A DNA stretch of 63,771 nt, filler included, from Reclinomonas americana ATCC 50394 (Eukaryota), in NCBI GenBank assembly GCA_048213135.1. It is 4 parts of 2 records of this genome, joined end to end, with 100 filler letters (N's around TTAATTAATTAA, not from the genome) between each part and the next. Parts side by side here need not be neighbours in the genome. Positions count along the whole stretch, not along the records: positions 11,436 to 38,950 come from PS015175.1; positions 39,051 to 63,771 come from PS015176.1; 2 more parts are not named here. One strand, 5' to 3'. The notes beneath the pieces are model-generated. The model was given only the letters and a program-made list of their open reading frames with translations. It did not search any database and was not told the DNA's origin. The translations under genes were made by a program, and so were the position numbers. Positions 26,127 to 39,237 of the stretch are shown one piece after another. Numbering within the stretch: the stretch's first letter is position 1; each line of letters starts with the position of its first letter.

Positions 26127-28645
26127 CGAGAGAGTGAGAGAACAATTCGCCAGTTGCCAACTGCGCTTCAAATCCACTTGCTGATCAAACGCCAACAGCA
26201 ATTGCCACGTCGCACGCACATGCTCAGCAAAAGAAGGAAATTGATGTGCGTGCCATTGTGAACAGACGGAGAGAGAGAGAGAGGAGAAGATGAAGAGTGA
26301 ATGAGAGTGTAATAGTAACACACAATGTCGCACCCAAACAGAACCCACATTTGAGACAACACGTGTGAACGACAATGGCACACACACTCACACATGCGCG
26401 TGCGTGTGCGTCAGTGAGTGCGCTTGTGTGCGCGTGTGAGTGCGTGGGCGTGTGGCGGGCCATGTTTCACACCCGACAACAAGATGCCCCACGCAAAAAA
26501 CACTCACTCACACAAAACGCATGCACACTGATGCACTCACGCAGCAAGAGAGACGCGATGCGGCGCACGGCGATTCTCACGCCGGAGCAAAAGAGAAAAA
26601 GAGCGAGAACAACATCGCCCACTCTTTTCACACAGGAAGAATTACACATGCAGGTCTTTGCGTGTGCGCGCATGATCGGCGTCGCGCGCACGACAAGCAT
26701 TCGGAGGGCGAGACACATAAAGGAGCAGAGGCGCACAAGACACGCCAGTCCATATAGACGATTTTCTCCGAACCATGTGCGAACATGGCCGAGACACGCA
26801 CACACACGCACACACAGCGAGGAGAGCGATGCAAGTACGTGCAAGGAGAGAGGTCGCGTGGTGCAGGGAAGATAGCGAGCGGGATGAGTGGAGGGGCCAC
26901 GCAACTCTCAATGCCCATTGTGAAATGGTGAGGTGGGACAACAACGCGAGGACACTTGCGGATCCGGCGTTGTGCAAGAGGCCACAGTGGCGTTCTGTGC
27001 GCCAGATGTTCAGAGGCACAGCTACACTGCACCTGCAAAACGAAGCGCACTAAACTGTGTTTTTCGGAGCGCGCGACGTCGATGATTTTTGCATGAAAGT
27101 GTTGCACACGCGCTGCAGCAAGTCGTGTCACTGCAAGTAGACACTTTTATGCTCACTGTACACCTTCCACAGTCTCATCGCGTTTTTATTCTTGACGACT
27201 CGGAAGTCGCGATCGACGTTTTATTTGTTGCGCTTCTTGCATGAAAGAAAGAAGCATTCATTAGTGGCAAACATGCACGGTGGAAGACTACGCACAACGA
27301 ACACAGACCATGTCACCTCCTTCTCCTCAGGACATCCTCTCTGATTTATTTATTGAGTGCACGAAAATGNNNNNNNNNNNNNNNNNNNNNNNNNNNNNNN
27401 NNNNNNNNNNNNNNNNNNNNNNNNNNNNNNNNNNNNNNNNNNNNNNNNNNNNNNNNNNNNNNNNNNNNNNNNNNNNNNNNNNNNNNNNNNNNNNNNNNNN
27501 NNNNNNNNNNNNNNNNNNNNNNNNNNNNNNNNNNNNNNNNNNNNNNNNNNNNNNNNNNNNNNNNNNNNNNNNNNNNNNNNNNNNNNNNNNNNNNNNNNNN
27601 NNNNNNNNNNNAGAGAGAGAGGGAGAGAGAGGACGGAGAACTGAGAATGAGGAAATGAGATGCATTTATTCCGCGTCCCTTCTCACTCCTGCCCTCTCTC
27701 ATCATTCACACTCACCTCCCCACCACCTCCTCCCCACTCAACCTCTCCTCGCCTCCGTTCTCCACACACGCCAAGTGCGCCAACAATCGCTCAACTCTCA
27801 CTCTCACACGCGGAATGCGTCACTCTCTTGTCTGCCGATCCCTTGTCCACATCTCAGTCTCTTCTCCCGACTACCAGCCTCTTCCGGTCTCCGCTGCATC
27901 TGGCAGTCTCTTCTGTAGTTGCCAGTCTTTCGTCTCGTATCTTCTTTCTCTTCTCTTGGCGCTTGTCTTCTCTATGCTCCCTTCTTTTTCTCCTCTCTTC
28001 TTGTGCCGGCCAGTCACCTCTGCGTGCTGGCAGCATGTCGTGGCTCTCCAGTGGCTGTCTGTGTGTTCTGTGCCTGCCAGGCTCTTCTGTGCCAATCATT
28101 CCTCTCTGCGTATGCCTCTTCCAGTCTCCGCTGCATCTGGCAGTCTCTTCTGTGGTTGCCAAAAACTTCTCGTCTCGTATCTTTTTGTCTCTGCTTCTCT
28201 TCTCCATTCTCCCTTCTTTCTTTCTTCTTTTGTGGCAGTCAGTCTCCTCCGTGCTGGAAGGCTCTCCGTCTCCTTTCAGTGTGTTCTAGATCTGTACCTG
28301 CGAGGCTCTTGTATGCCAATCAGTCTCCTCTCCGCGTCTGGCAGCCTTTCTTGGCAGTCTGTCTCCTTGTTTGCAGCACTCAGTGTCTTCTGTGTCTGCC
28401 ACTCTTCTGTTGTTGCTAGCCTCTCTTCTCATCTTCTATCCCCGTCCTTTTCTCGCTGGTTTTCTCCTTTTCTTTGGTGCCTGTCAGTCTCTTCCTCTCA
28501 CACATTGCCGTTGCCTTCGCTCGTCGTGATGTCTCTCGTTCCCACTTTCTTCCCTTGTCTCTCTCGCCACTGCACATCTCGCTCTCTTCCTTTGCTCCGT
28601 CTGTCTGCCTTTGTCCCTTCCTCACCGCGCCAAATCCATGCGCAG

Positions 28646-31600
28646 CAAGCGGCAGTCATTGTGGACAAGTTTTGCGACATGATTGGTAAGCTCCGCGCTT
28701 ATCCTCTCTCTTTCCCATTCCTCGCTCACATCTTCCCTTCTGCGCAGGCAAGGCCGGCTACCCGGCCATCGCCAAGGAGTGCAAGGCCGCGTGGGCGCTC
28801 TTTGGACCCACCGTCATTCAGATGCTCGAGGATCACGTTGCGTGAGCGCTGCCCCCTCAGGTTTTCCCGCCCGCTCGCCCCCTCTCTCACCCCAATCACG
28901 CACGCAGTACACTGGTGACGACATTTGCCAGCACATTGGGTGAGATACATAAAGAGAGAGAGGCCACGCACACCCCATCTCACTCCCTCACTGCTCCTTT
29001 TTTTAGTGTGTGCCACAAGCACTCACAGTGCCGCCTCGGACCGGTGGTGCCGCCCAAGAAGCTGACAGACAATGCTGACGCTGCCGATGGCGACAGCGAC
29101 AGCCCGGTGTACTACAAGTGGCAGCACCAGCGTGTGCCGGGTCCCGCCGATCCGGTGCATCTGCTGGCCCCGATGGCGGCCCTGGGCATTGTGTGGCCGT
29201 GGGATAAGGTCATTGATCATTACCCGGCGGAGGATTTGGATGGCGATCACTTTTCAAGTGAGTGGGGTGGAAGGGGAAAGGGAGACTGAGGGGGAAGGGA
29301 TGGAGGAGGAGAGTAGGTGTGCTTGTTGATTTCGTGCTTGTGACTGTCTCGATTGTTGTGTGAGTCGTGCACGTGCAGTGGAGATTGGTTGCCTGTAGAG
29401 GTTCCGTGTACACAGTGAGCGGGCAGGCGGCGTGCGTGTGTCACCGATGTGAGAGTTGTCCGTGTGCATTCTTGCGGGAGTCGCGCACTTGTGGTGGAGA
29501 TCGGTTGCATGTTTTTCTTCCTTGCTTGCGCAGTGAGTGGGTAAGAGGCATGAGCTTCTCGTGCTTGTAGCTGTCACCGATGGGATAGATGTTTGTGTGC
29601 TATTTGCCGTGCGAGAAGCGTCGCCAGTGTGATTCCTTGTGTGCAGTGAGTGGGTAAGAGGCATGAGGTTCTCGTGCTCAAACCTTCACCCACCCTTACC
29701 TTCTCCTGCTCCTGCTCAGCCATGTCCACCCTTCGCGGCTCATCCTGGCGCGGCAAGGACTGCGACGACGCACGCCCGAACGTGTACCCCGGCCGCCGGC
29801 CCAAGGCTCACGACGACGTTGCGCTCTTCAAGCACACAGAGTGAAGCCTCCATGACTTCCTGCTCATGTCTCCACAGGATCACCTGGACACCAACTGCAA
29901 CGGCATTTTCGGTGTGGATGCCAACGGAACGCCGTACGAGGATAAGCTGTGCGGCAACAGCAATCCGTACTCGGTGATTGTACTTGGCGACTCGGTGAGC
30001 ATGCAGCGACGGTGTCTCTTTCTCGCTCTTCTCTTTTTGATCACTTCTTTGCACAAGGCCTCGGCGCATTTCCACCTGCCGTACAACATCACCACGCCGG
30101 AGGAGTGGGCCTTTGTGGCGGAGAACGAGGTCGACTACCCGCAGTGCTCGTGGAGCACAGGTCACTTGCCGACTGCCGAGTGCCCCGATGCCGCCGGTCT
30201 GCCCATGGACTCGGTGTACCTGCGTGTGCGCCAGCAGAATCGTTGCGTCTATCAATGGAGCGAGGTGTGATTGTTCCGAGATCCTCATTTCCCCCTCGCT
30301 ATTACAGGCTGCTCGCACCGCCAGTACCAGAACATTTCGGTGAATGGTGCTCGATGCACCTCGATGGTGCGCGACATTCTCAACACCACCTCGCTGCACG
30401 GCGCCAATGACATTCCCTCGCTGGTGTTTTACGCCCTCGTCGGGTTCGTAGTCTCTCTCCGTCTCTTGTTGATGGAAATAAGACTCACAAATGTGATGTG
30501 TGCGTACAGTAATGATGTGTGCAATCGCCACCAGAACACCACCTCGTCGATGACGACGCCGCAGGAGTTTGAGCAGATGGTGAGGCATCACTTCTACTTC
30601 TGATTATCTTTCTCGTCACTCACACCGCGTGGCGGCACAGGTGACGGAGGCGCTGCAGTGGCTCGACAAGAACATTGCCCCAAAGTCGCACATTGTGTTC
30701 ATGGGACTCGAGCACGGCGGCATGTGGGTGAGTAGGGATGGAGGGAAGCGGATTTGTGGTACATGCTGATGATTGGGCGATGGGGCAGGAAATCATGAGC
30801 AACGTGGTGCATCCTTCTGTCGGTACCACGTATGCGGCCATGTGGAACTTTATCGGTTGCCTGGAGAGTTGCGTTGGAGGGGAAAGAGCGAGGGAGCGAA
30901 ACAAAGTAGATGGATGGGAACGGTTACTGTTCCATGGAGAGATTCCAGAGCAACAGCGAGCTGGAGGAGCGAGATGGACACCACATTATGCGATTGGTGC
31001 GACTCTCACCGGGAGAGTCAGAGAGACACAGAAGAGCGCAGAGGTGCGACTCACCGGGGAAGTCAGAGATACGACAGGATGGAGAGCGCGCACAAGTATG
31101 CAACGACGCTCACGGAGAGAGCAAGTTGATGCCAGAAGGGGGAGGGTGCAGATTTGTGTCTCTTTGTCGCAGCGAGGCAGATACGTAAGTGCACGTAGCC
31201 TGTGAATCACTTGACCAGCGCGACCCTCGTTGAGCGCAGACGAAGGAGAGAGACTGCATGTGCGATGCAGAAGATGTCAACCTGAAGAGATTCCTCTTCT
31301 CCCGCAGTCTCACCGTGCTGGGGCTGGCTCAACCCGGATCCCACGTGGCGCAACATCACCACCGCCTGGGCCGCCACTCTTGATGCCGTGTACACGAAGG
31401 TTTGTCTCCATCCTCTCTCACCTGCAGAGAAGATGGCTGAGTTGGTGGACAATGTTGTGGTTGTTGCGCAGATTATCGGCGAGCAAAAGTTCAACAACTT
31501 CGACATGACGTACCTCGACAACCCGGACTCCCGCATTCGCCAGGACTGGATCAACGCCGGCAAGGACCCCAAGGTGTGTAGCCTTTTCCCTTGAGTGGTG

Positions 31601-31805
31601 ACGAATTCCTCTTGCCATTCACCGCGACACATGGCAGGAACTGCTGGAGTGGGTCGGCGGCGGCCATCCGAGCCAGGTGATTCATGTGCTGACGGCGCAA
31701 TACCTGTGGAACCAGCTGGCCAAGTTGAATCCGTCGCCGCTGCCGCCCGCCAATCCCAACAACGCGCAAATCGAGCAGCTGTTTGGTGATCAGGGTGGGT
31801 ATTAA
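28646..31805 (+). CDS. AOAH: Acyloxyacyl hydrolase (saposin-B + SGNH/GDSL lipase), 5' end missing
   Basis: TLRGSSWRGKDC, YPGRRP, DTNCNGIFG, LGDS|ASAHFH, RCSHRQYQNISVNGA, GNDVC, ISPCWGW, FGDQGGY*. Confidence 0.93.
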
Positions 31806-32605
31806 TGGAGGCATGGGGTGCACGTGAGAGTTGTTTTCCGATTGCATTCTCTCTGAGTTGTGAGTGTACTTTTGATGGTGAGTTGAATTGGGAGGTTTGT
31901 GCGTGTGTATATGCCACAACAGTGTGGTTGGACAGGGCAGTGTTACGCAATCTGGCAGGATTGTCGACAGGGAGCGCGCGTATTCAAGGGATCACTATGA
32001 TCACACCATGCTGAATGTGCGCCTGTGTCTGTGTTCTGGAATTGGTTGGACTTGGTCATCACAGTTGGAAGAAGTGAAGAGTGAATCAGGAGAGTGGTAA
32101 GCATGGAGGACAACAACAACAGCAACTGTACTAATCCAAACAGCAACACAGCTGCATGATGATCTCCTTCTTGCAATTGAGCGGTATGGCAACAACAAAG
32201 ACAGCGAGGAAAAGTGCGAAATAAGAGAAACCACGGCTCACCATCAAAGGTGCTACAAAGGCTGCCATGTTGATTCAACGCTGTGGCGCCGCATCCACAG
32301 GTACGAAAGTTGAGAACTTCTGCCGGAGTTCTATCACAATCAACAGTGCACTACAACAGGGAGACATTCCAGTAAATCGGCATCAGTTTTTCTCTGATTG
32401 TCGTCGTTCCGCTTTCCGGGAATTCGAATTCGAACGCCGCAACGCCAGCTGTCTTCTAGAGACCCCTCCTCTTCTGTTACGGTCCCGGCCCGGCCCGGCC
32501 CGGCTTGGCTGCCACCCGGCCAGCCGTCTACGATCCGCCCGACCGACTTTCCCGCGCTCGGAACAATGCTCGCGACATGCAAAAGCGCACATTTCGCAGT
32601 CAACA

Positions 32606-33310
32606 ATGAGCGAGTCCACGGGCTTTGGTCCGCTTTACGGCGACGAGAAGAAGGGAGTTGCGTGAGCGTGTCTATGCGGGGGAAGAATGCAAAGACGGAG
32701 AAAAAGCGCGCGTGCACCATGTTGGCCATGGTCACGCAGGGAGGGAGAGAGACACGCACCTGCGCGCACTCACGCAACAGGGATAAGCTCTTGTTACGCT
32801 AGTGCTCCACTGTGAGCGCGGGATGCAGCAGAAGAGGAGAATGAAAGAGCAAGAAGCGGTTTGGGCATGTCACTCAACTTGTCTCTCACGCACACACGCA
32901 CACAGTGGAACTACTTCCTGGCTGCGGTGTGGATCGTGGGTGTGGCCTTTGCCACGGTTAGTCATGCAACTCGTCGCTGCCACCTCCCTCATGTGAAGAG
33001 AGAGTAACATTGTGTGTCTTTGTGTGTATGATGATGTTGATCAGGGCGCCGTCATTGGTTTGATTGTCGTCGGCATTCGCGATCATGTGTACCAGGACGC
33101 CATGCAGGCCATCACACTGGGATTACTCGTCACGGCCAACTTTATGGTGTTCTTGTGGTACCGGAAAGGTAGCTGGGCGCGAGGGGGCGGATTGATGGAT
33201 GAGAATAGTTGACAAGGCGTGTGTGTGTGTGTGTGTGTGAGCAGAGTCCAACACATCACCCGGCTTCAAGTGGATCATTTTCTTCCTGTGCATCACGCTG
33301 TACTGGGCTG
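32606..33310 (+). CDS. TMEM243: TMEM243-like membrane protein, exons 1-4
   Basis: MSESTGFGPLYGDEKKG|WNYF...FLWYRKESNTSPGFKWIIFFL; the PLYG and WYR..P.FK motifs match the family. Confidence 0.7.
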
Positions 33311-33319
33311 GTGAGTTGA

Positions 33320-33932
33320 TTGGGGGAGAGACTTGGTTGTTTGATGATGCAGTTTGCATGCAGCACATCTCTCGCGTGATTGCCGTTCTGGCCTTGTTTG
33401 TGTCTCCTCGCGTGCCGCTTGTCTGTCGCGCAGCAGACTGGGGCGCGCGACTGTTCTTCCTGCGTCTGTGTTGCGCCACTTGTCGTGCTGTCTGCCGACT
33501 GCAGCTCTTTGCATTTTCTGCGTGCTGGCGCTTCCGCTCTGGTCTCGCCATGTGTCTCGCCGTGTGCCATTTGTTTTCTTGCGCCGCTTCCTCTTGCTTC
33601 TATGTTGCGAGACTATCTTGCTGTCTTCCGACTGGAACACTTGGGCTCCTGGTGCATCTTCGTTCTCGCCTCGCTGTGTGTCTCTTCGTGTGCAGCTTGT
33701 TCGCTGCGCTGCAAGCTTGGGCGCGCGATTTTCTTCTTGCATCTGTGTCGCTTTTGTCTCGTTGATCGAGGCTGCCTTTGTGTGTGTCTCTGCCGTGCTT
33801 TCCGTTCTGTCCTTGCTGCATTTCTTTCGCGTGCCGCTTGGTTGTTGTGCAACAGATCGAGGCGCCTGACTCTTCCTCTTGCATCTGCTTCGTACTTGCC
33901 TTTAGACTGGAGCACTTGACTCTCTCTGCCTG
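33320..33932. repeat. Degenerate tandem repeat in the TMEM243 intron; continues as reverse complement at 36000-36583
   Basis: Shared motifs CAGACTGGGG.GCGCGA, TCTTGCATCTGTGTCGC, TCTTCCGACTGGA.CACTTG. Confidence 0.8.
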
Positions 33933-33989
33933 NNNNNNNNNNNNNNNNNNNNAACCACCGCGCCAACGTAGCCCTGTGAACACACACAT

Positions 33990-34374
33990 CAGTGCCCAGG
34001 AGGAGGAGGAGAAGATGGGGAAGGGAAGGAGGAGGAGGAGGAGGAGGAGGAGGAGGAGGAGGTGACGGAGAAGGGGATGAAGAACAACAACAACAACAAC
34101 GGCAACGGCAACAACAACAACAACAACGGCGACAGCGACGACGACGATGACGACGACGACAAGATCAAGAATAAGATCGAGAACAGGACCAAGACCAAGA
34201 AAGAACACGGAAGAAGACGGCGACGACGAAAGAGGAGGAGGAGAGGAAGGAGAGGAAGGAGGAGCACGAGGAGGAGGAGGAGGAGGACACGAAGAAGGTG
34301 AAGAAGGAGGCGGAGAAGAAGGGGAAAGAAGAAGAAGTAGAAGGAGATGAACAACAACAACAACGAAACAACAA

Positions 34375-34405
<31 letters not shown>

Positions 34406-34800
34406 ACGAACAGGGACTAGATCGAGAACAAGACCAAGATCAACAGAACACGGAAGAGAACAACGACGAAGAAAGAGGAGGAGGAGAGGGAGGACGAGCA
34501 GGAGGAGGAGGAGGAGGAGGACACAAAGAAGAAGAAGAAGAAGAAGAAGAAGAAGAAGGTGAAGAAGGAGGCGGAGAAGAAGGGGAAAGAGAAGAAGAAG
34601 GAGAAGAAGAACAACAACAGCAACAACAATGACGACGACGACGACGACGAAAACAAGAACAGGGACAAAATCGAGAACAAGACCAAGACCAACAGAAAAC
34701 ACGGAAGAGAACAAGACCAAGACCAACAGAACACGGAAGAGAACAACAAGACGAAGGCGACGACGAAAGAGGAGGATGAGGAGGAGGAGAAGAAGAAAAA
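33990..34800. repeat. Triplet-rich (GGA/AAC/GAC/GAA) ~230-bp unit repeated about 3 times, in a sideroflexin intron
   Basis: Recurrent GTGAAGAAGGAGGCGGAGAAGAAGGGGAAAG and ATCGAGAACA.GACCAAGA..AACAGAACACGGAAGAG blocks. Confidence 0.8.
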
Positions 34801-34834
34801 GACTCGTCATGCATCGGAGACACGCGCACGAAAC

Positions 34835-35513
34835 TTGCAGGAGAAGCGAGATCGGGACAGGATTGCTGGCATTGCGATTGGCATAGTTGACAGCGGCATT
34901 GTAGGTCTGGTTGATCCAGTGTGCTCCCACGGTCAGCGGCACCTGCACATCCGCACACGCAGTCAGCACACAGACACACCATATACGCCCCTTCTCATGC
35001 AACAGACACACCGAGCCAATCACTCGTGGCGACAGCAGCATGGCAGTGATTGCAATGTTGACGGGCACAAAGGCGGAGAAACGGAAGAGTGGAAAGATGG
35101 GCTCGCCTGTGTCGGGGTGCGTGGTGGCCTCGCGCACTCGACGCGCACTCCACAGCTCCTCATTGGTCACATGCGGAGGCACAGTGCCGGTCTCGAACTG
35201 ACGAAGCAACGCCAGTGCCGAGTCTGACAGACACACAGACACAGAGTGTGAGAGTGTGTGGTGTGACACAGGCTGTGTGTGTGTGTGTGCATAACCTCGT
35301 CGTTCGGTGGAGATGAGCAGTGTGAGAGGGTCGTTGATGGAGTAAAAGTGGCGCAGGCGACCGGCGAAAGAGCTCTGGTCGAATCGCGGTTTGGTGAGTG
35401 AGAAGGGGGGAGTTGGTTCGTCGCCGCCGAACTGTGTGAGAGGAGAGAGAGGGAGGGGGGAGTGTGTGAGTGTGAGGGAGACTGTGTGTGTGTGTGCACA
35501 GTGCATGAACCAT
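34835..35513 (-). CDS. SFXN: Sideroflexin (mitochondrial carrier), 5' half
   Basis: M|FGGDEPTPPFSLTKPRFDQSSFAGRLRHF..HPDTGEPIFPLFRFSAFVPVN..HWINQTYNAAVNYANRNAS. Confidence 0.93.
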
Positions 35514-35676
35514 GGCTCGATCGTCGTGATGCTATGCGGTGATTGATGCACGGGACAGGCGCGATCGACGGTGTGTGCATTATGCTTTCGTTTTTCATTG
35601 ATGTTTCCCGGCACGCTGTGCACGTGCAACACGTATTCTCTCTGTCTCACTCTCCAGCGTCGGCAAGGTGCGTCGC

Positions 35677-35780
35677 TCAAAAGTCGTAGTACACGTGCGT
35701 GACGTTCGGCTTTGGCCCGGGTCCGGGGCACGGTGGGCACTCCTTGGCGATGCCCGCCACGTACATGAAGCCGACAATGC
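35677..35780 (-). CDS. TMEM243-like last exon, on inverted contig
   Basis: Phase-1 acceptor: GIVGFMYVAGIAKECPPCPGPGPKPNVTHVYYDF* completes the third TM helix after YWA. Confidence 0.7.
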
Positions 35781-36877
35781 CTGGGAGAGGGCAGATGGGG
35801 TGGGGAGGGGATAAGGGGGGAAGGGGGAGGGGGAAAGGGGGAAGGGGGGAAGGGGGGAAGGGGGAAGAGTGAGCGATTGGAGACGGAGATATGGATGCAA
35901 GAACAGGTCGAGAAGGTCACAAGGAAAGTGGTAAAGACCAGGTCGAGAAGGTAGGCAAGAACACGTGCACGATGAGTCGGAGGCCAGGTAAACACAGTGC
36001 GCGCAAAAGGTCATGTGCCTCAGCGGAACAAGCAGATAAACCGACGTAAAAGAAAACACAGGGGCACGAAGACAGGGTCACAAAGCAGAGCAGAAACGGA
36101 TGCAAGAAGAGTAGCGCCCGGTTTGCTGTGCAGCGAACAAGCGGTACACGAGGAGACACACAGCGGACCAGAACGATGCCGAGTCATACACGAAGGCAGC
36201 CTGATTAACAGGCAAGTGCGACTAAGATGCAAGAAAAAGATTCGCACTCCCCAGTCTGTTGTGCAACAGACAAGAAGCACAAGAGGAGGCACAGCGAGGC
36301 CAAAACGGCAGAGCGCAAGCAGGCAGAACGATTATAGAACTTCAGTCGGAAGACAGCAAGGCAAGTCATAAAAACAGGAAGATGAGTCACACGCACCGGC
36401 CTGTTGCGCAATGAACATGTGCTACACGAGGAGACAGACAGCGAGGCAAGAACGGCAGGCAGACGGAGTCAAGTGCTCCAGTCGGAAGAAAGCAAGACAA
36501 GTGCGACACAGATGCAAGTTAAGTCGCGCACCCCAGTCTGTTGCACATTAAACAAGCGGGGCACGATGGTGGCAATACACCAGNNNNNNNNNNNNNNNNN
36601 NNNNNNNNNNNNNNNNNNNNNNNNNNNNNNNNNNNNNNNNNNNNNNNNNNNNNNNNNNNNNNNNNNNNNNNNNNNNNNNNNNNNNNNNNNNNNNNNNNNN
36701 NNNNNNNNNNNNNNNNNNNNNNNNNNNNNNNNNNNNNNNNNNNNNNNNNNNNNNNNNNNNNNNNNNNNNNNNNNNNNNNNNNNNNNNNNNNNNNNNNNNN
36801 NNNNNNNNNNNNNNNNNNNNNNNNNNNNNNNNNNNNNNNNNNNNNNNNNNNNNNNNNNNNNNNNNNNNNNNNNNNNC

Positions 36878-36915
<38 letters not shown>

Positions 36916-37611
36916 GCAACGCAAGGGAGAGGAAGAGAAAGAGTGAGCGAGAGAGTGCGATGCGGGTGGGGTAGGAGGATGAGAATACGAGACGGAGTCA
37001 GCAATAGCTGAAGCCAAGAGAATGACACAGAGCAAATCTACAAGGAGAAAGAGACAATGAAGCAGAAAGAGCCAGCAACAGAGACGCCGAGAGAGAGACA
37101 CAACGCAAGGAAGATGTAGGTAACCAGTGAGCGAGAGAGTGCGATGCGGATGGGGTCGGAGAACGAGAACAAGGAACAGAGAAAGCGATTGACTGACGCC
37201 GAGAGAATGACACAGCGCAAGGCTGAGGAGGAGAAAGAAAGAGCGAGAAAGTGCGATGCGAGGATGAGAACAAGGAACGGAGCCAGCGATCGACCGACGC
37301 CGAGAGAATGACACAGCGCAAGGCTGAGGCAGAAAACAAGGAGACAGAGATAACGAAGCAGCGAGAGCCAGCAACAGCCTGACGCAGAGTGCGGCAGAAC
37401 AATAAGTGAATGAGAGAGTGCGATGTGGGAGACAGAGCAAGCGACGAGGAGATTGAGAAAAGGAAGAAGACACAGCCTGCGACAAACCTGCAGTCGTGAG
37501 AAAGACGAGACAACAGATGGACGGGGAGAGATCGAGTGCGAGTGAGTGAGAGAGAGAGAGAGAAAGACAGAGAGAGACAGCGGTACGGAGAGAGGCTGAC
37601 AGAGAACTCAC

Positions 37612-38233
37612 CAGTGAGCATGGTGAGAACGCAGGCGATCGCGAACGAGGCATGAATGAGGAAGAGCGTGTTGATGACGGTGTTGTAGGCATACAGGCCG
37701 CTGCCGAAGATGGTGTAGCCCAGATGCACGACATTCAGTGACTCGCAAATGGCCACAGCCTGCATGCATTACACGAGAAAGAGAGAGTCAGCAAGAGATG
37801 AGCAAGAGAGCAGAGCAGGCAAACACTGACCGCAAAGGTGCGAGCAGTGGGGGTGGCCTGGCAGAGGATGCCTGCGTACATGATGCAGAGACCATTGAAG
37901 GTCTGGATCACCATGGCCATGTAGGCCACCTATGACACAGAGAGATGCATGAGAGACAACAGGGAATCTGCACATGCATGCACACACATGCGCATGCACA
38001 GTAGGAGAAGGCACGCAACTGCATCGTCCGACAGCTCACTGCCAAACATGAGACGTGCAGCTGACGAGGGGTCAAACATGCGGATCACACCTGTTGATTG
38101 TCATGTGAGAGAGAGTGAGAGAGAGAGATGCAATGACAAGAGCACGTGTGTGCAGCAACAGAGAGACGCAACTCCACACAGTATAGAAGGTGGAGATGGA
38201 GAGTAGCACAAAACGCGGAGGAATGAGCGACAT
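37612..38233 (-). CDS. Small 4-TM membrane protein, 3' end missing
   Basis: MSLIPPRFVLLSISTFYTVWS|VIRMFDP..DDA|VAYMAMVIQTFNGLCIMYAGIL..|AVAICESL..AIACVLTMLT; four in-phase exons. Confidence 0.7.
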
Positions 38234-38367
38234 TTGCGCGCGCGAGGAGAAACAATGATGCAGGACAGCTCCGACGCCCCTCCGCTTGCATGACTTTAAT
38301 GAGTTACTCGGACCGCGGTCCGGATGCACGGGGGTGAAGCGGAGAAAAGAAAAGCAGCAGCTGCAGC

Positions 38368-38950
38368 TCACAAGCCCTTGTTGTAGAACAATCGCTCGAT
38401 GCGACGGCCCTGCGAGTCGTGCAGTTGCTGGAATTGCGGCTCCAAATTCTCGACCTTGGCCGAGTCGCGCTGCGGGAACACGGCGAGTGCGGGTGAGACG
38501 CCGATCATGAGGCAGGCGGTGATGACGACCAGCTCCACGGCCATGCGTAGCCGGTGATTGTTGCGGATCAGTGAGGAGGACTTGGAGAGGCGACTCATGA
38601 GGATTGGCGGGATGACCATCAGCGGGATGTTCCACAGCACACGCGCCACGGCGCACTGTGCAATGGCCATCTGGCCTGCGCGAATCGACTGCCCGTGCGA
38701 CACACCCTCGTGATCGAACACCTCCACGCCCTGCGTGAGCTCCGAGCGGCGCATAAGGGCGACATTGGCACCTGCGATGACCAAGGAGATGAGCACGTGG
38801 GTGGGGAGAAACAAAGAGGCATTCGGTCCTTTTCTACCTCCAGCCAGCGCCACAGCGAGGAACGGCAGCGTGGCACGAATCACGGGGGAGCCGGTCGAGC
38901 CGGAACGCGACGTCAGGTACGTGGCGACCAGCGCGATGCTGACCGATGTC
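38368..38950 (-). CDS. SFXN: Sideroflexin, 3' half
   Basis: LPFLAVA..ANVALMRRSELTQGVEV..PALAVFPQ..LEPQF..LFYNKGL*. Confidence 0.93.
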
Positions 38951-39151
38951 NNNNNNNNNNNNNNNNNNNNNNNNNNNNNNNNNNNNNNNNNNNNTTAATT
39001 AATTAANNNNNNNNNNNNNNNNNNNNNNNNNNNNNNNNNNNNNNNNNNNNGTGTGTCGTGTGTGTCGATTTGTCGATGGTGGTACGACGACGTCGTACGA
39101 TACTACTTCGTTCTCGTCTCACACTCTCTCTCTCTCTCTCTCTCTCACCTA

Positions 39152-39196
<45 letters not shown>

Positions 39197-39237
39197 TCTG
39201 TCTCTCTCTCTCTCTCTCTCACCCTTTCCCCTCACAG

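Noticed and set aside
26068-27369. Protein-coding gene in this contig
   Set aside because: No convincing exon chain or recognisable motif; probably promoter/UTR DNA between plastin and AOAH.
33989-35995. 668-aa ORF and other long ORFs over repeats or N runs
   Set aside because: Stop-free low-complexity or N sequence; only the sideroflexin exons within it are real.
33320-36583. Large inverted repeats flanking an invertible or mobile segment
   Set aside because: They become one direct tandem array inside the TMEM243 intron once the mis-oriented contig is flipped; no recombinase or transposase.
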